From the NCBI GenBank assembly GCA_035534435.1, contig DATLRX010000081.1:15358-79357 (forward strand): a stretch of DNA of 64,000 bases. Direction: 5' to 3'. This DNA is from Candidatus Acidiferrales bacterium. GTDB lineage: Bacteria; Chloroflexota; Dormibacteria; Aeolococcales; Aeolococcaceae. Positions 43,589-52,058 of the stretch are shown one piece after another; position 1 is the first letter of the stretch; each line of letters begins with the position of its first letter. The translations under genes were made by a program, and so were the position numbers. The notes beneath the pieces were generated by a model. It ran no database searches and was not told where the DNA came from. It worked only from the letters and a program-made list of their open reading frames with translations.

Positions 43589-44327
43589 ACGGGGACTGGA
43601 ACGAGAGCGAGCTGAGGACGGTGAGCTGACCCGTCGCCATGAGGAGCCCGAACCCGAAGAGGATCGCCCCGGCGACGATGCTGATGATGCGGAGGTGCCG
43701 GTTCACGCTCCGGAGGACACCCTGCAGCCGGTCGGCGAGGACCGCCACGAGCAGGAACGGGACGGCCAGGCCGAGGCAGTACAGGACCATGAACGGCAGG
43801 CCACCGAACTCACGGTTCTGCGCGATGGTGAGGATCGCGCCGAGCTGCGGCCCGAGACAGGGAAGCCAGCCGGCCGCGAACGTGAGCCCCAGCAGCAGGC
43901 CGCCCGTGGCGCCGCTCGACACTGGAAGGTGAAAACGGCGCTCGCGGGCGAGCCAGCCGAACCGCAGCACCCCCATGGTCTGCAGTGCCAGGACCATGAT
44001 GATCGCGCCTGCGACGCGGTTGACCAGGTCGAGGTTGCGCTGGAACACGGTGATCGAGAGCACGCCCTCGAGGAGGTAGTACTCCGCGATGAAGATCACG
44101 CTGAACCCCAGAATGAACGCGAATCCCGTGCTCATCACGGACCCGCGGCGCGTCTCGGTCACCACTGTTCCGCCCGCTCCGGCGGCCGCCAGCGCCGGCT
44201 GACCGGCCCGCCCGCCCAGGTACGCGGCGTACGCGGGCATCAGCGGAAAGACGCAGGGCGAGAGGAACGAGACGAGGCCGGCGAGGAACGCCAGCGGGAT
44301 CGAGGGACCGGGAGCCGACAGGATCAC
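43578..44327 (-). CDS. ccdA: Cytochrome c biogenesis / thiol-disulfide transporter CcdA (DsbD family)
   Basis: 249 aa with 6 TM helices. Conserved cysteines in LSPCVFPLMP and GWLPCLGP. The 3' end overlaps the kinase 3' end by 11 nt (convergent). Confidence 0.9.
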   Translation of the reverse strand: MILSAPGPSIPLAFLAGLVSFLSPCVFPLMPAYAAYLGGRAGQPALAAAGAGGTVVTETRRGSVMSTGFAFILGFSVIFIAEYYLLEGVLSITVFQRNLDLVNRVAGAIIMVLALQTMGVLRFGWLARERRFHLPVSSGATGGLLLGLTFAAGWLPCLGPQLGAILTIAQNREFGGLPFMVLYCLGLAVPFLLVAVLADRLQGVLRSVNRHLRIISIVAGAILFGFGLLMATGQLTVLSSLSFQSPFNL

Positions 44328-44351
44328 GTCGCAAGGGTAGGGCGGCGGGTG

Positions 44352-45716
44352 TCAGGGAGGCCCTTCGACGTAGTAGCGCTGCCGCCAGCGGATGTAGACG
44401 TACAGCGCGAGGAGGACGAAGAAGATCTCGTAGACCAGGGGCGTCGGCCAGTGGAACGCGGCCTGGGCGAAGCGCTGGATGCCGCTCGGCGGAGGTGGCG
44501 GCGCGCCGGGCTTGGAAGCGACCGGCACCGGCGTGGGTGTCGGCACCGGCGTGGCGACCGCGGACGGCACGGGAGCTCCCGGTGACTCCGCGATGAGCGC
44601 CGGTGGGGTCGGCGCACCCGTGTCGGTCTCGGTGAAGATGCGGCTGCCACCCTTTGGCGGGTTCAAGGCGACGACGACCTCAGGAGGCGTGGTGCTGGCC
44701 ACCGCGATGGAGTCGATGTTCTTGCTGCCGCTCGGGAGCCCGGTGTCGGCCTTGTGGAACGTCAGGCCACCGTCGGTCGAGCGGTAGAAATCACCGCCGG
44801 TGCTGCCGCCGGCATCGACTCCGGCATACGCGAGGTTGGGGTCGAGCGGCCCGAACGTGGCGACCGTGATGATCGTTCCCGTCGTCGCGCCCGTGCCCTC
44901 GGTCCACGTGACGCCGCCGTCGCCGCTGCGGAAGATCCCCTGCGAGGTCGCGACGATGAGCGGGCGCTTCGGCACGGCCTGGTCGATCTGCCCCGCGGTG
45001 ATGGACGACACCACAGCGCCCGCCGGCAGGCCGGACTGCAGCACCTCCCACGCGCCGCCCGCGCTGCTGCTGAACACATACCCCTGGGACACGTTGCCGC
45101 TGTCGGCTCCCGCGATGACCGTGAACTGCGGGTAGTTGGCCTCCACGGCGACGGCCGCGATCGAATACCCGTCGAGGCCGCCGTCGTGCCAGAGCTGCCC
45201 GTTGGGACTGAGCGCGACGCCCGCACCCGTGCCGGCGGCGATGCCGTCGAGGCCGAACGCCAGGGATCGGACATCGAGGTTCTGCAGGCCGTTCGATGCC
45301 GGAGTCCACGTGGCTCCCGCATCGAGGCTGGCGTAGACACCTTTGCCGTCGGTTCCGGCGAACGCGTTGCCGTTCGAGCGGATGTCGAAACCGACGGTCC
45401 AGACCCGGACCCCAGGCAGGGTCAGAGTCCACGTGGACCCGCTGTCGTGCGAGACGAAAACGCCGGCATCCGTGGCGGCCATGACCGTGCTCGGCAGATT
45501 CGGCTGGATCGCCACGCTCCAGATCCTCCCCGCGCCGAGCCCCGGAAGAGCGCCCGCCTCGGAGAACCCCGGCTGCGCGGTGTCGGCACGACCCGTGAGG
45601 GTGCTCCACCCGAGGACGATCGCGAGCAGGAGCAGCAGCGCACCGATCGGGCGTCGACGGAGACGCGGCGACGCGGTGGCGGCCGGACAGGTGCTGGCGG
45701 GGTGGTGTGTGCTCAC
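44352..45716 (-). CDS. Secreted Asp-box (BNR) repeat beta-propeller protein with Pro-rich stalk and C-terminal TM anchor
   Basis: N-terminal signal/anchor (RRRPIGALLLLLAIVLGW). Asp-boxes (SHDSGSTW, SLDAGATW, SGDGGVTW, STDGGLTF). Stalk (PVPTPTPVPVASKPGAPPPPP). Tail (LVYEIFFVLLALYVYIRWRQR). Confidence 0.75.
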   Translation of the reverse strand: MSTHHPASTCPAATASPRLRRRPIGALLLLLAIVLGWSTLTGRADTAQPGFSEAGALPGLGAGRIWSVAIQPNLPSTVMAATDAGVFVSHDSGSTWTLTLPGVRVWTVGFDIRSNGNAFAGTDGKGVYASLDAGATWTPASNGLQNLDVRSLAFGLDGIAAGTGAGVALSPNGQLWHDGGLDGYSIAAVAVEANYPQFTVIAGADSGNVSQGYVFSSSAGGAWEVLQSGLPAGAVVSSITAGQIDQAVPKRPLIVATSQGIFRSGDGGVTWTEGTGATTGTIITVATFGPLDPNLAYAGVDAGGSTGGDFYRSTDGGLTFHKADTGLPSGSKNIDSIAVASTTPPEVVVALNPPKGGSRIFTETDTGAPTPPALIAESPGAPVPSAVATPVPTPTPVPVASKPGAPPPPPSGIQRFAQAAFHWPTPLVYEIFFVLLALYVYIRWRQRYYVEGPP

Positions 45717-45851
45717 TGCAGGGCGCTTGTGTGTGTCGAGTGCGGAATCTGGCGCCGCGGGGCCTCAAGCCCCGTTCGGGGGAGACGGCTCAACCATAAC
45801 AGTGCGTTCCGGGTTTAGCGGACGCCAGGGACGAGGTATCTGCGATCCAGG

Positions 45852-46805
45852 ATGCCAACGACGTTCAAGGACTATTACGCGACCCTCGGAGTCCCGCGTA
45901 CCGCGACCGACAAGGAGATACGTACTGCCTTCCGCAAGCTGGCTCGCAAGCATCATCCGGACGTCAACCAGGGCGACAAGGCCGCGGAGGACCGTTTCAA
46001 GGAGATCAACGAGGCCAACGAGGTCCTCGGCGATCCCGAGAAGCGCAAGAAGTACGACGAGCTCGGACCGCGCTGGCAGGAGTACGAGCAGTGGGAGCGC
46101 GCCGGCAAACCGGGCCCGAACCCATTCAGCGGCGGGGATCACTTCGGCTACCGGACCGTGTCACCCGACGAGCTCGAGGGCATGTTCGGCAACCGCGCGC
46201 CCTTCAGTGACTTCTTCCAGCAGTTCTTCGGTGGCGAACAGGAGGCGCCCACCGCGACCCGCGGGCGGCGCCGCGTGGTCCGGCGCGGCCAGGACGTCGA
46301 GGGCGATGCGGAGATCAGCCTCGAGGACGCATACAAGGGCTCGGCGCTCACCGTCGATCTGAGCTCTGCCGACGGCCCGCGCCGGGTCGAGGTCAAGATC
46401 CCCGCGGGCATCCACGATGGCGCCCGTGTCCGCGCCACGGGTCAGGGCAGCGCCGGGCGGGGAGGAGGGCCGCGTGGCGACCTCTTCATCCGCGTCCACA
46501 TCCGCCCCCACGCATCGTTCACACGCACCGGCAGCGATCTCTCCGTTCGCGTGCCCACGCCGCTCGCCACCGCGCTCGCCGGAGGCACGGTGCAGGTCCC
46601 GACGCTGCGAGGCACCACGGCGCAACTCTCGATCCCGGCGGGGACTCAGAACGGCGCGCGGCTGCGGCTCCGAGGGCTCGGGATGCCGCACCTGCACGCC
46701 GAGGGCGCCGGCGATCTGCTGGCGACCGTCGACGTCCGGCTGCCGCACCCGGTCCCCGAGGATCTCAGCGCCTGGGCAAAGGCGCAGCACGTCCCCGCCG
46801 GCTGA
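45852..46805 (+). CDS. cbpA: J-domain co-chaperone without a zinc-finger domain (CbpA-like)
   Basis: J domain (KDYYATLGVPRTATDKEIRTAFRKLARKHHPDVN...) followed directly by two DnaJ C-terminal beta domains. There are no CxxCxGxG repeats. Confidence 0.8.
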   Translation: MPTTFKDYYATLGVPRTATDKEIRTAFRKLARKHHPDVNQGDKAAEDRFKEINEANEVLGDPEKRKKYDELGPRWQEYEQWERAGKPGPNPFSGGDHFGYRTVSPDELEGMFGNRAPFSDFFQQFFGGEQEAPTATRGRRRVVRRGQDVEGDAEISLEDAYKGSALTVDLSSADGPRRVEVKIPAGIHDGARVRATGQGSAGRGGGPRGDLFIRVHIRPHASFTRTGSDLSVRVPTPLATALAGGTVQVPTLRGTTAQLSIPAGTQNGARLRLRGLGMPHLHAEGAGDLLATVDVRLPHPVPEDLSAWAKAQHVPAG

Positions 46806-46817
46806 TCCGGTCGCGGT

Positions 46818-48479
46818 CTACCCGACCGTGAGCGGATGCTCCCGAGTCGCCCGGGCGATGGTGCAGACGTCTCCCACACAGGTCGACGCGATGACGTCGA
46901 CGACCACCAGGCCGGAGCCGGGCCCCGCGAGCTCGACATCGACGGCCACCGGGAGTGTGTCGAGCGCCCACGACCGAGGTCCGGGGCCGAGCAGCGACGG
47001 CGGCTCCGCGCTCACGTTGACGTGGACCGGAGGTCCCTGGGTGACATCGAGGTCCTTGCCGCCGAGGTCGACATCGGCGGTGAGGCGCACCATCGTGCCC
47101 GGAGCGCCAGTCAGGGCTTTCGCGCCCTGCGACTGAGCCTCGGGAGCCGCCCCAACCGGGATCTCGAGGACGGCCCCCGTCGCAACGTCGACGGTGATCA
47201 CTCTGTGCTGGTTGGTGTCGGCGACGATCAGACGGCCGTCGGGGAGGACGTCGAGCCCACCCGGCTCGTCGACGGGCTCCCGGAGCGCGAGGGTGCGGAG
47301 TCGACCCGCATCCCATACCCGGAGGAGGGAGTTGAACGTGTCGGCGACGGCAATCGCACCACCGGCGAGGGCAGCGACGCCGAGTGGGTGTTGCAGCCGT
47401 GCGCGGTCGCGGTCGCCGTCGTCGGTGCCCCACTCGAACAGCCCATGCCCGACCAGTGTCTCGACCACGCCGTCGCGCAGGATCCGCAGTGCTGACACCT
47501 CGGAGTCGGCAAACGCGATCGCGCCGTCGCCGAGGCGCGTGAGCCCGCTCGGTTGCGCAAGATGCGCGGACGTCGCCGGGCCGTCGCGCAGGCCCTCGGC
47601 GCCCGTGCCCGCGATGGCGACAGCAGGACCGCCTCGCTCGGAGACCGCGACGATGCGATGGACGCCGGCTTCGGCGATCGCGATGCGGCCGTCCTCCAGC
47701 CTCAGACAGTCCCAGGGCGAGCGCAGCCCGTCCGCGAGGACTGTCCGCTCGCCGCCCGGGAGCGCGCACGAGAGCAGCTCGCCGGCGACGGTGTCGCAGA
47801 CCAGCAGGCGTTCACCATCGAAACGCACGCCCTGCGGCTGGTGGAGCCCGTCGAACGCCATCAGCACGCGCCCGTCGAGATCGCAGACCAGCACGCGGTC
47901 GTTGCCCGTGTCGGCGATCGCGACGCGAGACCCGCCGTCGGAGGCCACCTTGCCGGGAAACGCCAGCGTCGTTCCGGCGCTGCGCCGCACCGGTGTGAAC
48001 GCGGGGCCGACCGCGAGATCCGTCCGACCCTCGAGCGTCCGCTCGATCACACCGCGAAGCGCCTGCCCGTTGCCCTCGCCGGACGCCATCGCAACGACGT
48101 AGCCGTCGGGATCGATCACCACCAGCGTCGGCCAGGCACGGACGCCGTACTGCTGCCATGTCTCGAGATCGGGGTCGTCGAGGACGGGATGCACGATCCG
48201 GTGGCGGGCAACGGCTCGCTCGACGGCGGCGTGGTCCGACTCGTGGGGGAACTTCGGCGAGTGCACGCCGATGACGACGATCCGGTCACCGAACCGGTCT
48301 TCGAGCTCGCGCAACTCCTCGACGACGCGCAGGCAGTTGATGCAGCAGAACGTCCAGAAATCGAGGACGACCACGCGCCCGCGCAGGTCGCGCAGCGACA
48401 GTGGCGCGTCCGTGTTGATCCATCCACCGGAGCCGTGCAGTTCCGGCGCGCGCACACGCCCGGTCGCGGTCGTCGTCAT
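46818..48479 (-). CDS. Thioredoxin-like domain fused to an NHL-repeat beta-propeller (NHLRC2-like)
   Basis: VVVLDFWTFCCINCLRVVEEL (redoxin fold, CxxC), followed by repeated NHL-type blades (DTGNDRVLV, DTVAGELL, AEAGVHRIV, ADTNQHRVI). Confidence 0.85.
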   Translation of the reverse strand: MTTTATGRVRAPELHGSGGWINTDAPLSLRDLRGRVVVLDFWTFCCINCLRVVEELRELEDRFGDRIVVIGVHSPKFPHESDHAAVERAVARHRIVHPVLDDPDLETWQQYGVRAWPTLVVIDPDGYVVAMASGEGNGQALRGVIERTLEGRTDLAVGPAFTPVRRSAGTTLAFPGKVASDGGSRVAIADTGNDRVLVCDLDGRVLMAFDGLHQPQGVRFDGERLLVCDTVAGELLSCALPGGERTVLADGLRSPWDCLRLEDGRIAIAEAGVHRIVAVSERGGPAVAIAGTGAEGLRDGPATSAHLAQPSGLTRLGDGAIAFADSEVSALRILRDGVVETLVGHGLFEWGTDDGDRDRARLQHPLGVAALAGGAIAVADTFNSLLRVWDAGRLRTLALREPVDEPGGLDVLPDGRLIVADTNQHRVITVDVATGAVLEIPVGAAPEAQSQGAKALTGAPGTMVRLTADVDLGGKDLDVTQGPPVHVNVSAEPPSLLGPGPRSWALDTLPVAVDVELAGPGSGLVVVDVIASTCVGDVCTIARATREHPLTVG

Positions 48480-48632
48480 GCCATGACCATCATCGCGCGC
48501 GTCGACCTCGAGACGCCGGTATCAGGGTGCTTGATATAATCCTGTGCGGGTGGTGGGTGCACCGACCGAGCAGCGCCGTGTGGCGCAGCGGTTGGCGTGA
48601 CGCTTTGAAACTCTCCCTATCCCTTCCTGACC

Positions 48633-48660
48633 GGCAGGGGGTGGCCCTCCGCCCCCTGCC
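48633..48660 (-). terminator. 9-bp GC hairpin downstream of purA (possible terminator; no U-tract)
   Basis: ggcaggggg at 48633-48641 and ccccctgcc at 48652-48660, with a 10-nt loop, 28 nt past the purA stop. Confidence 0.35.
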
Positions 48661-48687
48661 ACCACTCTTCGAGCGGTTCCTGGCGTC

Positions 48688-49974
48688 CTACTCGAGGAGC
48701 GATCGGCGCACCAGCGTGTGCTCGCGGTCGGGTCCCACGGACACGACATCGACGCTCGCGCCGCACAGCTCGCCGACGCGGTCGATGTAGGCGCGGCACG
48801 CGGCAGGCAGGTCTTCGTAGCGCCGGCACTCGCGCGTGGGCGACATCCACCCGGGGAACTCCTCGTAGATCGGATCGACGTGCTTGAGGTGCGAGATGTT
48901 GGCCATCGGATGGTCCCAGTACTCGCCTTTGCTCATGTAGCCGGTGCAGATCCGCAGCGTCTCGAACTCGTCGAGGACGTCGACCTTGGTGAGCACCATC
49001 GCGTCGATGCCGTTCGTGGCGACGGCATAGCGAGACACCGCCGCATCGAACCATCCGACCCTGCGCGCGCGACCCGTCGTGGTGCCGTACTCCGAGCCGA
49101 CCTCGCGCAGCTGGTCGCCGAGCTCGTTCGTCAATTCCGTGGGAAACGGGCCGTAGCCGACACGCGTGGTGTACGCCTTGAACACGCCCACCGTCTTGGT
49201 CACGCGCGACGGCGGGATGCCGCTCCCCGTGCACGCACCACCCGCAGTTGGTGACGAGGATGTCACATACGGATACGTCCCGAGGTCGATGTCGAGCATG
49301 ACGCCCTGCGCGCCTTCCAGCAGGATCCGCCGGCCGGCTGTGAGCGCCGTCTGGATCAGCGGGTAGATGTCGCGGATGTACGGATCGATGCGTTCCGCGT
49401 AGCCGAGGTACTCGTCGAGGATCTCGCGTTCGTTGAACGGCTCGGCGTCGTACAGCCTGGTGAGCGTCTCGTTCTTGAGCCGGAGGACGAAGCGCAGCTT
49501 CTTCTCGAGGAAGGCCGGCTTCTGCAGGTCGCCGATGCGAAACCCGATGCGCCGCACCTTGTCCTCGTATGCGGGACCGATGCCACGCCACGTCGTTCCA
49601 AGACGATCGTCGCCGCGCAGCTCCTCGCCCGCCTTGTCGATCACCGGGTGGTACGGCATCACCATGTGCGCGCGCTCGCTGATCACGAGGTTCTTCGCAG
49701 GGATGCCGCCCGACTGCAGCTCGTCGAGCTCCTGCAGGAACGCCTTGGGATCGACCACCACGCCGTGGCCGATGACGCAGGTGGTCTTCGGGTAGAGGAT
49801 GCCGCTCGGGATGAGGTGGAAGCGATGCTCCCTGCCGCCGGTGACGACGGTGTGGCCCGCGTTGTTCCCGCCCTGCGATCGGATGACCATGTCGACGCTG
49901 TCGGCCAGGAGGTCGATGACCTTGCCCTTGCCTTCATCGCCCCACTGCCCGCCCACCAGGACTGTGACGCTCAT
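48688..49974 (-). CDS. purA: Adenylosuccinate synthase
   Basis: 428 aa (GGQWGDEGKGKVID, GGNNAGHT, LGTTWRGIGPAYEDK). Confidence 0.97.
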   Translation of the reverse strand: MSVTVLVGGQWGDEGKGKVIDLLADSVDMVIRSQGGNNAGHTVVTGGREHRFHLIPSGILYPKTTCVIGHGVVVDPKAFLQELDELQSGGIPAKNLVISERAHMVMPYHPVIDKAGEELRGDDRLGTTWRGIGPAYEDKVRRIGFRIGDLQKPAFLEKKLRFVLRLKNETLTRLYDAEPFNEREILDEYLGYAERIDPYIRDIYPLIQTALTAGRRILLEGAQGVMLDIDLGTYPYVTSSSPTAGGACTGSGIPPSRVTKTVGVFKAYTTRVGYGPFPTELTNELGDQLREVGSEYGTTTGRARRVGWFDAAVSRYAVATNGIDAMVLTKVDVLDEFETLRICTGYMSKGEYWDHPMANISHLKHVDPIYEEFPGWMSPTRECRRYEDLPAACRAYIDRVGELCGASVDVVSVGPDREHTLVRRSLLE

Positions 49975-50034
49975 AGCGGGCGGAAGCGTACTGGAACCAG
50001 GCAGTTGAGGCGATCGAGCAGGCGGTGTGCCGTC

Positions 50035-50412
50035 TTACGCGGCGAGGACATGCACGCCGTAGGCGGCAAGCATCGAGTCCCTTGTCACGAGCGTCAGCCC
50101 CCGATGCTGTGCCTGTGCGACGAGCATCCGGTCGAACGGATCGCTGTGATGACGAGGGAGGGCTCCCGCGAGGAGCGCATCAGAGAGCGTGATGTCCATC
50201 GACCGCAGCCCCTCCCGGCGCAGCTCGTCCACCAGGTCATCCGGGGCACGGAGCCTGCCGATCGACGCCTTCATCGCTATCTCCCAGGCGCTCGCGGCGC
50301 TGACGACGACATCGTTTGCGGGATCCTCGAGAACGCGCCGGACGGCTCGGGCGACGCGGTGGGGTGCGCCGAGAAGATCAAGCAGCACGTGCGTGTCGAG
50401 GAGGTAGTTCAT
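50035..50412 (-). CDS. vapC: PIN-domain toxin (VapC-like)
   Basis: Internal ATG 50412 gives 125 aa (MNYLLDTHVLLDLL..SAASAWEIAMK...DPFDRMLVAQA...LVTRD). 4-nt overlap with the antitoxin. Confidence 0.88.
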   Translation of the reverse strand: MNYLLDTHVLLDLLGAPHRVARAVRRVLEDPANDVVVSAASAWEIAMKASIGRLRAPDDLVDELRREGLRSMDITLSDALLAGALPRHHSDPFDRMLVAQAQHRGLTLVTRDSMLAAYGVHVLAA

Positions 50413-50648
50413 CCCTCGCCGCGGAACGCCGTGTCCATGGTCTCCGGAAGGGGAGCGTCGAAGTTCTTCGCGACGGAGACGCGACCCTTCCACCCCCCAA
50501 AGCGGCGCGGCGCCCCGGACGCGATGAACGGGACCAGCCTCGCAATCGGCTGACCCGCCCGCGCGAGCACCACCTCCTCGCCTGCCTCGACGCGAGCCAG
50601 GAGTTGCGAGAGGTGGGTCTTGGCCGCGTGAATATTCACTGTCTCCAT
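50409..50648 (-). CDS. Phd/YefM-family antitoxin
   Basis: 79 aa (METVNIHAAKTHLSQLLARVEAGEEVVLARAGQPIARLVP). Confidence 0.85.
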   Translation of the reverse strand: METVNIHAAKTHLSQLLARVEAGEEVVLARAGQPIARLVPFIASGAPRRFGGWKGRVSVAKNFDAPLPETMDTAFRGEG

Positions 50649-50652
50649 GACT

Positions 50653-50667
50653 TAGTCTAGTCTAGTC
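50653..50667. repeat. (TAGTC)x3 direct repeat immediately upstream of the antitoxin start (candidate operator)
   Basis: cttagtctagtctagtccac at 50651-50670, starting 5 nt from the antitoxin ATG (50648). Locally AT-rich. Confidence 0.5.
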
Positions 50668-50740
50668 CACAATCATGTCGGCCGTCCGGCAGGCGCGTCG
50701 GACCTGAGGATGCATCCGGCGTCGGTACGATGCGCGGGCA

Positions 50741-51181
50741 ATGCCGACGGGAGATACCACGACCGACTGCATCTTCTGCACCATCCTCCGTGGGGACGCG
50801 CCCGCCACCTTCCTGCATCAGGACGAGCTGGTCGTGGCGTTCATGGACATCCGCCCGGTGCAGCGCGGACACCTGCTGGTCGTGCCCCGCGCACACGCCA
50901 AGCTGATCCCGGAGCTCGACGCGGACGTCCTCACCCGGCTCTGGCTGGTCGCCGCCGAGCTCAACCTCGCACTGCGTGGCAGCGCGCTCCCCGTCGAGGC
51001 CGTCAGCGTCTACGTAGCTGACGGCGATGCCGCCGGGCAGGAGGTGTCGCACGTTCACATCCACCTCATCCCGCGCAGGACGAGCGACGGGTTCGGCTTC
51101 CGCTTTCCCACAGGCTACGGGACCCTTCCCGAGCGATCGGAGCTCGAGGCGACAGCGGCCCTGATCGCGCGTGGTCGCTGA
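50741..51181 (+). CDS. HIT-family nucleotide hydrolase/transferase
   Basis: 146 aa. CIFCTI, histidine triad HVHIHLIP. Confidence 0.92.
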   Translation: MPTGDTTTDCIFCTILRGDAPATFLHQDELVVAFMDIRPVQRGHLLVVPRAHAKLIPELDADVLTRLWLVAAELNLALRGSALPVEAVSVYVADGDAAGQEVSHVHIHLIPRRTSDGFGFRFPTGYGTLPERSELEATAALIARGR

Positions 51182-52058
51182 GCCCGCGACCGTGCGCCTG
51201 GAGCGCTTCCGCGCCGCGCCCTGGTGGCCGACCGCCGCGACGCTCGTCATCGCGGAGCTCGGCCTCGGCGCAGCGCTCCTCGTCCCCATCACGTTCAGCG
51301 ACCCGAACGGGGTCGACCCATATCTCGCGCGCCTGAGCGTGGCGTCGGTCCTGATCGCGCTTCCCTCGCTGTTCTTCCGCAGGCTGCAGCCCGCGCGTCC
51401 GGTGCTGCTCGCACTCGCCGCCGTCGCGGCGACGTACACGCTGCTCTCCGCGGGCCCGCAGATCCTCGTCGACCTGCTGGGCACGCACTCCGGGAGCTTC
51501 GACGCCCAGGTGTTCTGGTCGTCGGTTGCCCAGGCCGCCGGCACGCTGCTCATCGCGATCGCGGCGTGGCGGACCGTCGCGCCCGAGTGGCGCCCGGCGC
51601 TGCGCATGCGTCACATCGGCGCCGGAGGTATGGCGCTGGCGGTGATCGGCAGCGCCGTCCTCGTCGGCCTCGGCCTCGCGCTTCCGGCCGGCCTGCTCGG
51701 CCGTGTCGCGCTGCAGCCGGTCGCGCTCGGGCGCGATCTCCCATTCCTCGGACCGGCGAACGCGCTGCAGGCGTTCGCGCAGGAGGTCCAGTTCCGCGGC
51801 CTGCTGCTGGGAGCGCTCGAGAGGACGATGAGCCCGCGCTGGGCGAACGTCAGCCAGGCGGCCGTCTTCGGTCTCGCCCACCTCGCGATCAGCTATGGAG
51901 GCCCCGAGGCGCCCTTCGTGCCCATCACCTTCCTCGTCGGTCTCGCGTTCGGCTGGCTGGTGCGCAGGACCAATTCACTCTGGCCGGCGGTGATCATCCA
52001 CGCGGCCGCGGACATCGCGCTGCAGTTCGGCATCGTCCAGGGGCTGTATGGCTTCTGA
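51171..52058 (+). CDS. CPBP-family (CAAX/Abi) intramembrane glutamic protease
   Basis: Polytopic. Motifs: QEVQFRGLL, FGLAHL, HAAADI. 11-nt overlaps with both neighbours. Confidence 0.85.
   Translation: MVAEPATVRLERFRAAPWWPTAATLVIAELGLGAALLVPITFSDPNGVDPYLARLSVASVLIALPSLFFRRLQPARPVLLALAAVAATYTLLSAGPQILVDLLGTHSGSFDAQVFWSSVAQAAGTLLIAIAAWRTVAPEWRPALRMRHIGAGGMALAVIGSAVLVGLGLALPAGLLGRVALQPVALGRDLPFLGPANALQAFAQEVQFRGLLLGALERTMSPRWANVSQAAVFGLAHLAISYGGPEAPFVPITFLVGLAFGWLVRRTNSLWPAVIIHAAADIALQFGIVQGLYGF

Noticed and set aside
45717-45851. Heat-shock operator (CIRCE or HAIR) upstream of the CbpA-like J-protein gene
   Set aside because: Only partial half-site resemblances are present (ctcaag, gagtgc). 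No full inverted repeat with the correct spacing is present.
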